A stretch of DNA of 64,000 nucleotides from Candidatus Woesearchaeota archaeon (GCA_018696595.1 JABHQW010000008.1:288001-352000), one strand, 5' to 3'; shown: positions 37,435 through 46,803, counted from the first letter of the stretch. Translations and numbers: made by a program. The notes: generated by a model not told the origin, from the letters alone.

Positions 37435-38645
37435 TGTTCAAGGTAACTTTGTTGTTTGTGGGGTTGGTAATCTAAACTTTTTAAATATTCCTGTCTCATA
37501 AACAATTGGCCCTGGGCTGCGGCTTTCTCTGGGTTGGGGTACGGTCCTTTTTCTTTTAAATGTTCCATGATTTTATTTGATGGGTTCATTCTTGTTTGGA
37601 TCATACCAAAAATTGGTGTTAAGTACGGAAGATCTTCTTCTGGCAAACCTTCGGATGAGAATTTTAATGTGTCTGATAAATATTGAGCAACATTATTTGA
37701 CATTAACCCATATTTGATAGCTTCTGTTTCAAGGGCTTTAAGCGTTGTATAATTTGGTAACACTACTTCTTTATTATCAAATGAATAAACCCCATCTGTT
37801 CCTGATATTCTAACTGGGATGTCTTCTTTTGTTATTCTGTCATTACATCCTTTATACAATGCAATCATGCCTAAAGAGATATCCAAAGGGGTTGTATCAA
37901 AACTTCTAATTTCCCACGTGCCGGTTTCTCCAATTGAATCTCTTTTTCTAATTGGGTGATATCCTGTGCTTTCTGGTTTGAAAAGTTCTTTGAATGCCTC
38001 CCTGTCTGTACCTGGTGCGTTCAACCATTGGTTGAATCTAATGTTATCTCTTATATTAATTTCTTCAATTGATTGAACATAAGGCTGAAGTTGAGCATGT
38101 AATGGATAATCCATAAACATTTGATTTCGTGTCGCATTGATCCTGTGGCAATTAACTCCTTCATTAATTCCATTTAACATTGGTGAGGTTGATGTAGTAG
38201 CATAAGATAATGGGTCTAATGCTGTGAATAACCACATTTGTTCTAAAAGATGATTTGGTGATTGTGAGAAATGGCCATGTATTCCTGATATTCTTCTTTT
38301 TAAATCGTTGGCTTCCTGGCCAATTATTGGGATATAAAGACTCCACTTTTCTTTGTCGTGTCTTTGTTGACTTTCCCCTCCTCCTAATTCACTAACTGTA
38401 CTAACAGAAATATCATGTTTATCACAAATCTCTTCTAATAAATTGAGTTTTGGAAGAATTCCCCTATGTAATTCTTTAACTGTGTTTGCTGGATCTGAGT
38501 TCACTTCTACTCTGGCATGGTTGGATTCATCTACAATTGATCCATCATTTAAAGGATCTTCAATTATTTCTTTTGCCCTATTGGCTAAATAACCTTGCTC
38601 ATCAATTAAAGCAAATTCATATTCTATCCCTGTTGTTGAACTCAT
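37419..38645 (-). CDS. Glutamate-cysteine ligase family 2 (GCS2/YbdK-like carboxylate-amine ligase)
   Basis: TGIEYEFALID, E....VEVNS, GIHGHF, STSPM..G, TWEIRSFD. Confidence 0.8.
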   Translation of the reverse strand: MSSTTGIEYEFALIDEQGYLANRAKEIIEDPLNDGSIVDESNHARVEVNSDPANTVKELHRGILPKLNLLEEICDKHDISVSTVSELGGGESQQRHDKEKWSLYIPIIGQEANDLKRRISGIHGHFSQSPNHLLEQMWLFTALDPLSYATTSTSPMLNGINEGVNCHRINATRNQMFMDYPLHAQLQPYVQSIEEINIRDNIRFNQWLNAPGTDREAFKELFKPESTGYHPIRKRDSIGETGTWEIRSFDTTPLDISLGMIALYKGCNDRITKEDIPVRISGTDGVYSFDNKEVVLPNYTTLKALETEAIKYGLMSNNVAQYLSDTLKFSSEGLPEEDLPYLTPIFGMIQTRMNPSNKIMEHLKEKGPYPNPEKAAAQGQLFMRQEYLKSLDYQPHKQQSYLEQCVGC

Positions 38646-38867
38646 CTTATCATAATTTTTTTATTTTATACTTTTGATTTTTCTTATCTTTTAGTATAGG
38701 TAATAGTACACTAATATATAAATATTTCTGCAATGGAGTGCTTAAATGGTCTCTTAATCTATTTATTGGTTAATAAAATGGCCAATCCTTAATTCTAAAG
38801 AATAATTATTATATGGATTGGATTTAAAAGCTAAAAATTGCCTTTATTTGTATTTTGGCAGTCATAA

Positions 38868-39467
38868 TTAAGAGAATTCAATCATTCGGTGATCACGAAA
38901 TTTTTTTGTTTCCAAAGTATAAAACGCTTCTTCCATCAATTTTTCGGGTACAGATATACCACCTAAAGCAGGGTCAAAAATATGATAATAATGATTGGAA
39001 TGTCCAAAAACAACAATAAAATTGGAGGTATTTCTTTTTTCATTTCTAATTGGTTTAGTATTTACTCTAAGAAGAAGAATCTTATTTTGATTTAATTTAC
39101 TTTTAATGTTTACAAGATTGATGGTTTTCTCCTCGATTTTAACACCTTGTCTTTCTGCTTCTTTAAGGTGTTGTTTGGAAGAAAACTTTGCTTCTTCAAT
39201 CTCTTCTTTTTTATATCTATAAAAACGATAATCTGGGAAGTTATACTCTTTTTTTTCTACAATTACTTTTAGGTTTAATCCTTGTTCTTTTGCATAAGTG
39301 GCTAAAGCAAAAATAGAAGAACCTCTTGTGGGTAAATTAACTGTTTTTCTCCAAATCTCAAACTCTTTTTCTTTAGTTGCTTTTATTCTTGAATCTAAAG
39401 TGGCAAGGATAGTAAGTAATGAAGAAGCTGCTGTTGTGAAGGGTGTTGTTTGATTGTGGGTTTGCAT
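38868..39467 (-). CDS. Peptidase C39-like (DUF3335-type) protein, catalytically degenerate
   Basis: QTTPFT(T)AASSL, EFEIWR, NFIVVFG, IFDP; no Cys anywhere in the protein. Confidence 0.65.
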   Translation of the reverse strand: MQTHNQTTPFTTAASSLLTILATLDSRIKATKEKEFEIWRKTVNLPTRGSSIFALATYAKEQGLNLKVIVEKKEYNFPDYRFYRYKKEEIEEAKFSSKQHLKEAERQGVKIEEKTINLVNIKSKLNQNKILLLRVNTKPIRNEKRNTSNFIVVFGHSNHYYHIFDPALGGISVPEKLMEEAFYTLETKKFRDHRMIEFS

Positions 39468-39568
39468 TTAATATGAGAAAACATTACTATTATAAGAATT
39501 TTTGTGAAAACCTTTTTAAATAACTGCAATAATAGATATAAAAATAGGGTATCTAAGGAGATTTAAAC

Positions 39569-40306
39569 ATGGCACAGAAAAGTAAAAAGAAAGTAAGTAA
39601 AATCAAAGTTAAAAAGAAAGTATGGTACAAAGTTATTGCTCCTAAAATATTTGGAAACAAAGAAATCGGAGAATCTTATTTACAAGCTCCTGAGAATTCT
39701 ATTGGTAGAAAGTTAACAGCTAACCTAAAAGATTTGACTGGAAATGTTAAAGATCAAAACGTTCATATTGGATTACAAATCAACAAAGTTGATGGAAGCA
39801 CTCTAAGGACTTCAATTGTTAGTTACAAATTATCTTCTCAATATGTTAAAAGATGTGTGAGAAAGAACTGTAACAAATTAGATCATTATTTTACTTCAAA
39901 AACTAAAGGCGGTAAGAATGTGATTGTTAAATGTTTAATGGTTACTGTGGGTAAAACTCAAAGTTCTACAAGAACTTCTTTAAGACATGAATTACAGAAG
40001 AACTTAGAAGAAAGTATTACTAAATCTGACTTCGCAACATTTATTTCTGGACTAGTTAGTAGAAGAACTCAAATGGACTTGAAAAAGAAACTGAAAAAGA
40101 TTTATCCAGTAAAAGAAGTTTCTGTAAGGATGCTTAAACTTAACGAGAAAGGAATTGCGACTGAAGAAACAACAGTGGAAGATAAAACTAAAAAACCTGA
40201 AGTTAAAGAAGCTCCAAAGGAAGTTCCAAAAGAAGTTACAAAAGAAGCTAAAGAAGAAGCTAAAGAGACTCTAAAGGAAACTCCTAAAGAAACAAAAGAA
40301 GAATAA
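39569..40306 (+). CDS. rps3ae: 30S ribosomal protein S3Ae (eS1)
   Basis: KKVWYKVIAP, IGR...LKDLTG, KKIYPV. Confidence 0.95.
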   Translation: MAQKSKKKVSKIKVKKKVWYKVIAPKIFGNKEIGESYLQAPENSIGRKLTANLKDLTGNVKDQNVHIGLQINKVDGSTLRTSIVSYKLSSQYVKRCVRKNCNKLDHYFTSKTKGGKNVIVKCLMVTVGKTQSSTRTSLRHELQKNLEESITKSDFATFISGLVSRRTQMDLKKKLKKIYPVKEVSVRMLKLNEKGIATEETTVEDKTKKPEVKEAPKEVPKEVTKEAKEEAKETLKETPKETKEE

Positions 40307-40338
40307 ACTCTTCTTTCTTTTTTTAATCTATACTAAAA

Positions 40339-40935
40339 ATGAAATTTTTAACATTCGTAGATTTACATGAAGATAAAAAATATCTGAAAGAACTAATTAA
40401 ACGAGCTTCGCAAGATGATATAGACTTTGTCGTTTGTGCTGGTGATATAACTCTATTTGGTAGGGGCTTACGTTATATTCTCAAACAATTAAATAATCTT
40501 AATAAGAAAATATATATTATTCCCGGAAATCATGAAAGTGATCGAATGTTTAAAGAAGTAATTTCTGATTATCCAAATTGTATCAACTTTAATCGTAAAG
40601 TCATTAAGAAAGATGGCTATGTTTTCTTAGGTTACGGGGGTGGCGGATTTTCTGCTCAAGACCCAGAATTCAGAAAAATATCTCGTGATTGGTACAGCAA
40701 GTATCAAGATGATAAAGTTGTTTTGGTAACTCACGGTCCGCCAGCAAACACAACACTAGATCTCTTAGAAAAAAGGCATGTTGGCAATATGGACTATCGT
40801 AAATTTGTGGAGAGAATGAAACCTAAATTAATGATTTGTGGTCATTTACATGAGAATGTTGGTATGCAAGACAAGATTGGTAAAACCATTGTTATTCACC
40901 CTGGTTGGGAAGGAATGGTAATAGAATTAAGTTAA
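40339..40935 (+). CDS. Metallophosphoesterase (calcineurin-like, Icc-related)
   Basis: DLH, GDIT, GNHE, HGPP, CGHLHE. Confidence 0.92.
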   Translation: MKFLTFVDLHEDKKYLKELIKRASQDDIDFVVCAGDITLFGRGLRYILKQLNNLNKKIYIIPGNHESDRMFKEVISDYPNCINFNRKVIKKDGYVFLGYGGGGFSAQDPEFRKISRDWYSKYQDDKVVLVTHGPPANTTLDLLEKRHVGNMDYRKFVERMKPKLMICGHLHENVGMQDKIGKTIVIHPGWEGMVIELS

Positions 40936-42659
40936 GCTGCTTTTTGATAAGCAGTAGTTTTCATTGCTTCTTTATATGCTGCTCCCGCTTGGGCATTAGC
41001 TTTTTGTAACTGTTCTCCAAACTTACTTGCTTCGCCCATATATTTTTTATCCATGCCTAACTTCTTGTGCATCATTGTTCCCATAGAATCGGCTAGATGT
41101 TTTGATTGTAATTTATGTAATGTTTCGTTTTCATCAATCTTATCTTCTTCTTTTTCAATTAATTCATTCAGTCTTTTAAATGTAAACATTGTTTCTTGTT
41201 CAGTTCTTTGGTTTAATGCTGCAAGATATTTATCCATTCTTTTTTCATCTTCCAATACTCCAGAACTTGCTTGTATTGCTTCTGCTTGGTCTTTCAAAGT
41301 TCCTGCAACATCTTGAGTGTACATTATAGCAACTAATTTCAGAACAGCAGCAACACCTGCATTTAATGCTTCTTCAGACTGATCTAATGCAGGTAATAAC
41401 TTAACAAAAGCTTCCATTTTTCTTTGAGTCATTAAGTTTTGTTCAAGAATTTCTTTTAATTTTTCTTCAAAAGCAAGATCTCCTTTCAATGCTTTAATGT
41501 AGTAAGTAAAATATTCATTGATACTAGAAGAAGCAGATAAAACCATTCCATGCAATTTTTCACTTCCAGAATTGTCTTCAATACTTTTTTCTAAGGCTCT
41601 CTGTTTTTTCTCAACTTTATCTAATCTATTACTTAATATTTTTTCTCTACTTTTTAATCCTTTACCATATTTACGCTGACTTTTTCCAATCTTAATTACA
41701 TTTTGTAAGATAGCTCTTAATTGTTTAATCTCTAATTCAATGATTTCATTTGCTTTAACAACCTGTTTATGAATTACTTCTAATTCTGCAGAATTTCTTT
41801 TTAACATAGAAATTTCCTTCTTTAATTGAGCAATTAATGCAGGGTCAGCATTATCTCCTTTAGCTTCTTCAGCAATTAACTTATTTCTTTTTTTCCTGAT
41901 TGCTTTTTTTAATTTTGAAAATTCTTTCTTAAAATCTTTTCTTTCTTTCCTTTCTTTTTTCTTAATTCCTTTTAATTCTTTTTTAGCGCGTCTAGCAATT
42001 GGAATAAAATCAGCAATTGCTTTCCTCAACTTTTTAACAAGTTCTTTTTGATGTTCAGAATTTTGTTCTTCATAACTTACTTGATCTTTTAAGTTCTTAG
42101 CCAACGCTTCTAATGATTCTTTAACAAATTCAGCAGTTTTACTATCAATTTGATCAAAATTTCTTAATCCGCGAATCTTATTTTCCAATACTTCTAACTT
42201 AGCAACTTCTATTTCTTGTATTTTTTCCATCTTAGATTTTTGTTCAACTTCATCTAAGATTGCTCTTGTAGAGTTTTCTAAGTCTGCGGCCATTGCAGCA
42301 GTGGTTTGTTCTAACTCTGTGGTCTTTTCTTCTAACGCTTCAGTATCTCCAGCAACTTTAGCTGCACCTTTGCCTGCTTTCTCTGTTGCACTAGAAACAT
42401 CATCACCTTTTGGTTTTTTTGTTACTAACTTTTGGTAAGCTTTTTGTTTTTTCTTATATCCAGCAAAACGCTTATACACTCTCCAAAATGTCGAACCTGC
42501 GGATTTTGCTTCTCTTCTTTCTTTACCGCCTTCTGTTTTACTACGAACAAAAAAAATTAAAATGATCATAACAATAATTACTCCACCTATGGGTAAAGCT
42601 TTTGTTCCAAGGTTTGAGAATATATCTCCCAAGTTTGAAAAAACATCTAATATTGCCAT
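40932..42659 (-). CDS. Membrane-anchored long coiled-coil protein
   Basis: TM helix near the N-terminus followed by about 500 aa of K/E/L/A-rich heptad-like sequence. Confidence 0.75.
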   Translation of the reverse strand: MAILDVFSNLGDIFSNLGTKALPIGGVIIVMIILIFFVRSKTEGGKERREAKSAGSTFWRVYKRFAGYKKKQKAYQKLVTKKPKGDDVSSATEKAGKGAAKVAGDTEALEEKTTELEQTTAAMAADLENSTRAILDEVEQKSKMEKIQEIEVAKLEVLENKIRGLRNFDQIDSKTAEFVKESLEALAKNLKDQVSYEEQNSEHQKELVKKLRKAIADFIPIARRAKKELKGIKKKERKERKDFKKEFSKLKKAIRKKRNKLIAEEAKGDNADPALIAQLKKEISMLKRNSAELEVIHKQVVKANEIIELEIKQLRAILQNVIKIGKSQRKYGKGLKSREKILSNRLDKVEKKQRALEKSIEDNSGSEKLHGMVLSASSSINEYFTYYIKALKGDLAFEEKLKEILEQNLMTQRKMEAFVKLLPALDQSEEALNAGVAAVLKLVAIMYTQDVAGTLKDQAEAIQASSGVLEDEKRMDKYLAALNQRTEQETMFTFKRLNELIEKEEDKIDENETLHKLQSKHLADSMGTMMHKKLGMDKKYMGEASKFGEQLQKANAQAGAAYKEAMKTTAYQKAA

Positions 42660-42693
42660 ATCTCAATTAGAATTATTTGTGCTTATATAAAGT

Positions 42694-43632
42694 TTATTCA
42701 AAAGCTTCCATAAACACTTTCTTAACATCAACAGCTAAACCTTTATCTTTCATGTTTACTTCTACTGCTGACATTAAAGCTTCACCAATCGCAACAAGCT
42801 CACCTTTCAAAGTTACAATGGCAACAAATTCACCTTTCTTAAAATTTTCTAACTTACTAATCCCTGGAATCCCTAAATCTCTACCATGGGTTAAACTTTT
42901 AATTGTGGTGTCAAAGATCCAACATTTAGCTAAATGCCTTAACGCATTCTCAATCGGTTGAATACAATGGCGTAAGAATTTGTCATTCTTTTCTTCTTTA
43001 TAATAATGAATTGCGTCATTTAAATCGTTTAATGTTACTAAGTTATCTTCTTCTCCAAATGGTCCTGCTTGGGTTCTTCTTAGTTCAACCATATGTGCTC
43101 CAGTGTTTAATTCTTGTCCAATATCGTGGCAAAGTTTTCTAATATAAGTTCCTGCTTGACATTTAACTCTGAAAAGAACATCCCTATCTTTAATTTCTAG
43201 AATTTCAAAATCATAAATTTCTCTGGTACGAACTTGCCTTTTTACTGCTGACTTAATTGGAGGGAGTTGTTGAATCTTCCCCACAAATTTTGTAATAGTT
43301 TCCCGAAATACTTTTTCTTCCACATTCTTATGTAAATACATCAAACAAATGTACTCTTTTGGTGCTGTAAGAAAGAAATGCGTGATTCTTGTGGCTCTAC
43401 CTATAGCAATCGGTTGTACTCCTGTAACGGCCGGATCAAGGGTTCCTGAATGACCTGCTTTCTTAACAGGAATAATTTTTTTCACATAATCTGCTGTTTG
43501 GTGTGAAGTTGGACCTTTTAGTTTATCAATATTAATAATTCCGTACTTCAGCAAAGTTTCTGTTGTTTTCTCTTCTGGACTGATTCCAAATTCTCCTTCT
43601 ACTTTTTTCTTCACAAAGATCTGTTTTGTCAT
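42694..43632 (-). CDS. cbf5: H/ACA RNA-guided pseudouridine synthase Cbf5 (TruB family)
   Basis: GPTSHQ, AGHSGTLDP, KEYICLM, GTYIRKLCHDIG, C-terminal PUA domain. Confidence 0.96.
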   Translation of the reverse strand: MTKQIFVKKKVEGEFGISPEEKTTETLLKYGIINIDKLKGPTSHQTADYVKKIIPVKKAGHSGTLDPAVTGVQPIAIGRATRITHFFLTAPKEYICLMYLHKNVEEKVFRETITKFVGKIQQLPPIKSAVKRQVRTREIYDFEILEIKDRDVLFRVKCQAGTYIRKLCHDIGQELNTGAHMVELRRTQAGPFGEEDNLVTLNDLNDAIHYYKEEKNDKFLRHCIQPIENALRHLAKCWIFDTTIKSLTHGRDLGIPGISKLENFKKGEFVAIVTLKGELVAIGEALMSAVEVNMKDKGLAVDVKKVFMEAFE

Positions 43633-43752
43633 TATTATTGTTTTTCAACTTTGTTGAAATGCTTAAAAACTATTGTTTTTATTGTTTTTACTTGCTGTTT
43701 TTAAATAGTTTACTACAAAACTTTATAAATGACTCCACGAATTAACATTTAA

Positions 43753-44070
43753 ATGGCATATACCCCACCCGAACAACCAATGATTAGAGTGCGTTTACCG
43801 CAAGGCAAAGAAGTTCTAGGAATTGTTCAACAAAGAGTGGGTGGTAGCAGAATGAAAGTTCTTTGTTTAGATGGGAAAGAAAGAATGTGCAGAATCCCAG
43901 GAAGATTAAGAAGAGGGTTATGGGTAAGAGAAAATGATGTTATTATTGTTGAACCTTGGGAACTTGGTGGAGACACTAAGGGTGATGTGATTTATAAATA
44001 TCGAAGTAAAGCAGAAGTATCATTCTTAAAGAAGAAAGGTTTATTGAAAAGTATTGAAGAAGAATTTTAA
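43753..44070 (+). CDS. eif1a: Translation initiation factor aIF-1A
   Basis: RVRLP, GGSRMKVLC.DG, CRIPGRL, D.IIVEPW. Confidence 0.96.
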   Translation: MAYTPPEQPMIRVRLPQGKEVLGIVQQRVGGSRMKVLCLDGKERMCRIPGRLRRGLWVRENDVIIVEPWELGGDTKGDVIYKYRSKAEVSFLKKKGLLKSIEEEF

Positions 44071-44138
44071 ACATTATTTCTAATCATATTCAATCCACTA
44101 TAGAAATACTTATAACTATTTTTACTCTAAATTAATGG

Positions 44139-44735
44139 ATGGTAGAAGAAAAAAGTAAAGGAAAACTATTTATTTACGCAATCATCACTGTTTTATTGTT
44201 TTTTGGTTTGATAAGATTGTTTATTAATTCTAATGGGAATTTTTTCATGTTAGAGTTAGTTGGGACATTATTTTTGTTGTTGTTAACACTTATTGGTTTT
44301 ATTGGTTACAACAAATGTTGGGGAGAGAGGGTATTATTTTTTGTTTACTTGACGTATTTAGTAAACTTAGTTATGATTTGGTTTTACGATGGAAGATTGT
44401 CATTGATTTTGTTGTTCCTAACTTTGTTAGCGTTCTTAATGGCAGTACCTAAGCGAGCATGTTGCGGTTCTAGTTGTCAAGCTACAGAAAAACCTTCTGA
44501 GGAACCACATAGTGAAGTGTTTGATCTTCCAAAGCCAGTTACAGAAAAAGAAGTTGTTGAAGAAAATAAAGTAACACATTCTCCGGGTAAGTTTGTAGCT
44601 AGTGCTAGAAGTAACATTTATCATGAACCTAAATGCGAATGGGCAAAGAAAATCAAGACTGAAAGGCAAGTTTGGTTTAAAGATAAAAGAGAAGCACAAC
44701 GTAAAGGTCATAGGAAACACACTTGTGTTAAGTAA
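44139..44735 (+). CDS. Membrane protein with C-terminal Ada-like metal-binding domain
   Basis: Four TM helices; C-terminal FVAS..S.IYH.P.C..AK.I....WF....A...G....C. Confidence 0.7.
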   Translation: MVEEKSKGKLFIYAIITVLLFFGLIRLFINSNGNFFMLELVGTLFLLLLTLIGFIGYNKCWGERVLFFVYLTYLVNLVMIWFYDGRLSLILLFLTLLAFLMAVPKRACCGSSCQATEKPSEEPHSEVFDLPKPVTEKEVVEENKVTHSPGKFVASARSNIYHEPKCEWAKKIKTERQVWFKDKREAQRKGHRKHTCVK

Positions 44736-44774
44736 TTTTACTTTTTATTTTTTTCTTTTATTAGAGGTGGAAAA

Positions 44775-45227
44775 ATGAATTTAATGAATTTGATTGAAAA
44801 TATAGCTCAACAGTATAACTTAGCACTTGAAAGTCATGATGAGGATGGGGACGTCGAGTATGGTGTGGATGGCACTCAACCAGTCATAGAAATGGCGAAA
44901 TCTAATGGGTTGGGCGGTGAAGGCGTAGAAGAAGTGCTGAATCTTGAATTGAAATTTGGTTTTATTAATAAAGGGAGTATGGAAAGCCAACCAGTTTCTT
45001 TGTCAAGAAAAGGGAATGAAGCATACGTTGTTTTTGGAAGTGATGATACTTGGGAAGTTAAAGGGGATTTCACTCTTCCAAGTGTGTTGTTCTCTCATCT
45101 TAATAATGGAGAAGTTCAAGCAAGAGATTATTTGCTAAGTGTAGGAAGTAAGAGTGGAGACTTGTATACTGTTGATTTGAATAAAGTTAAAGAAACAGGT
45201 GAGAAGTTAATAGATTATTTTATATGA
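44775..45227 (+). CDS. Hypothetical acidic protein
   Basis: 150-aa ORF with GAGGTG RBS upstream. Confidence 0.6.
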   Translation: MNLMNLIENIAQQYNLALESHDEDGDVEYGVDGTQPVIEMAKSNGLGGEGVEEVLNLELKFGFINKGSMESQPVSLSRKGNEAYVVFGSDDTWEVKGDFTLPSVLFSHLNNGEVQARDYLLSVGSKSGDLYTVDLNKVKETGEKLIDYFI

Positions 45228-45697
45228 TGTCTGTTTTTCTTTTTTTCTTTTAATTCTTCTTTAATACTATAAATGACCAACCCAACTACCGCAATTGATA
45301 AAGCAGAATCTGCAATGTTAAAAGCAGGCCAGAAACTAAGATTGATGAAATCAATTACATAACCTCTAAAAAATCGGTCTAACAAATTTCCAACTACTCC
45401 TCCTAAAAATACAGCAAATAGTATTTGAGGTATTTTTTCTGTTGGTATTTTCTTATAGTAAACAATAACCAATACCGCAACCATAAGAGAAACAATTCCT
45501 AGTAACAAAGCATTATCTTTCAGTATCCCAAATCCTGCTCCAGTGTTTTTGATAAAAGTTATTTTTAGATATCTAAACCCAAAATAAGGTTGAAACTTCA
45601 AAACTAAATATTTAGTTAATTGATCTAAAATTACTACCACAATAGCAATTAATGAGAATAAGAACTCTTTTTTTTGAAAAAATGTTTTCTTTACCAT
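45215..45697 (-). CDS. lspA: Signal peptidase II (lipoprotein signal peptidase)
   Basis: LDQLTK, NTGAGFG, GNLLDR, GYVIDFI and FNIAD (both catalytic Asp motifs). Confidence 0.93.
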   Translation of the reverse strand: MVKKTFFQKKEFLFSLIAIVVVILDQLTKYLVLKFQPYFGFRYLKITFIKNTGAGFGILKDNALLLGIVSLMVAVLVIVYYKKIPTEKIPQILFAVFLGGVVGNLLDRFFRGYVIDFINLSFWPAFNIADSALSIAVVGLVIYSIKEELKEKKKNRHHIK

Positions 45698-46086
45698 AAT
45701 TTATCTTCTTTTTTAGCGGTTCCAGTAGAACTCTCAATGTTAGCAATTCTTTGATCCATAGAATTTAAGATTGCTTTAATCGTATCTAACTTACTGCTAA
45801 GCAGTTCCAATTCTCTAGTTGATGATCCAGGAGTTTGCTGTTGTAATTGTTGAACCGCAGTTGGTTCTTGTTTTGGTTGTTCCCAAGGTTGTGATTTTGT
45901 TTCTTCTGTAGCTGGTTGATCAAACGGAGACTTTTCATCTAATCCTGCTGGTTTTTGATCTAGTCCCAAATCATCAGTTTTGAATAAGTCATCTCCTTTT
46001 TGCATTTCTTTATCTACACTTTTATCAAAATCAATATCAAAATCATCCTCTTTTTTCCAAAACATTAATTTGTCTAACACGCTCAT
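45691..46086 (-). CDS. Hypothetical protein with C-terminal coiled coil
   Basis: Acidic linker then ELELLSSKLDTIKAILNSMDQRIANIE. Confidence 0.7.
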   Translation of the reverse strand: MSVLDKLMFWKKEDDFDIDFDKSVDKEMQKGDDLFKTDDLGLDQKPAGLDEKSPFDQPATEETKSQPWEQPKQEPTAVQQLQQQTPGSSTRELELLSSKLDTIKAILNSMDQRIANIESSTGTAKKEDKLW

Positions 46087-46247
46087 AACAGGTAGAATTA
46101 TTTTTTAGGTTTTAAATGTTTCTAGAAAACACTCTTTAATGAGCGTTTTATTTTAAAAAACATAAGTTTGCGGTGGGGGACGTCCCTTACGGGGGGGACC
46201 GCACTAGAAAATAACATCAAAGAAGCGAACTGGCCTTGCTCATTAAA

Positions 46248-46754
46248 TTAAATACTTCTAGAAATATTCCTTTTATTATAATCGCTCAAAACATTTTCTG
46301 TGATATTTAGGAATTCTTTAGTTAATTGTAAATAATCTCTAATATCGTTTATTGAAAGAGTTTTAAGCATATAATCTTTATTACAAATAACAAACTTATT
46401 TCCTCGTTGAAATGCCATTGGACTTTTCTTATGCAATTCTATGATTTCTTTTAGTTCCATATACAAAACCATATACCTTGTGGGGATCTTATTTCTGGGA
46501 ACTGACTTTTGTCTGAACAAGTTAAATTTACTTCTTGGATCTTCATTGTAAATTGGAACTAATCTCAACAACCTTTCATATGTTAAAATTGCGTCCATTG
46601 AATACTTAAATGATTCAACTAAATTATCAATAACTCCAATTAAAAGTTTAGGGTCTTTTACTGTTGGGAATGTTACATTAAGCAAATGTCTAGCACCTTC
46701 ATATTTCTGAGTAGCATACTCTTTCGCTTTAAGAAAATCTGTTGAAGTTTCCAT
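46248..46754 (-). CDS. Conserved hypothetical all-alpha protein
   Basis: 168-aa ORF with TATA-like element upstream; no assignable motif. Confidence 0.65.
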   Translation of the reverse strand: METSTDFLKAKEYATQKYEGARHLLNVTFPTVKDPKLLIGVIDNLVESFKYSMDAILTYERLLRLVPIYNEDPRSKFNLFRQKSVPRNKIPTRYMVLYMELKEIIELHKKSPMAFQRGNKFVICNKDYMLKTLSINDIRDYLQLTKEFLNITENVLSDYNKRNISRSI

Positions 46755-46803
46755 TATTTACTTAGAAAGTTGTTGGGGTATAAAATATTTGTGGGAAAAT
46801 AGC

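Noticed and set aside
38729-38742. GCAATGGAGTGC, a partial match to the element core and to a fluoride riboswitch 5' end
   Set aside because: No GGCAC:GTGCC helix, no enclosing stem and no riboswitch 3' half.
38733-38792. 19-aa ORF in the C39/GCS2 spacer as a possible precursor peptide
   Set aside because: On the opposite strand to the cluster, no RBS, and length expected by chance.
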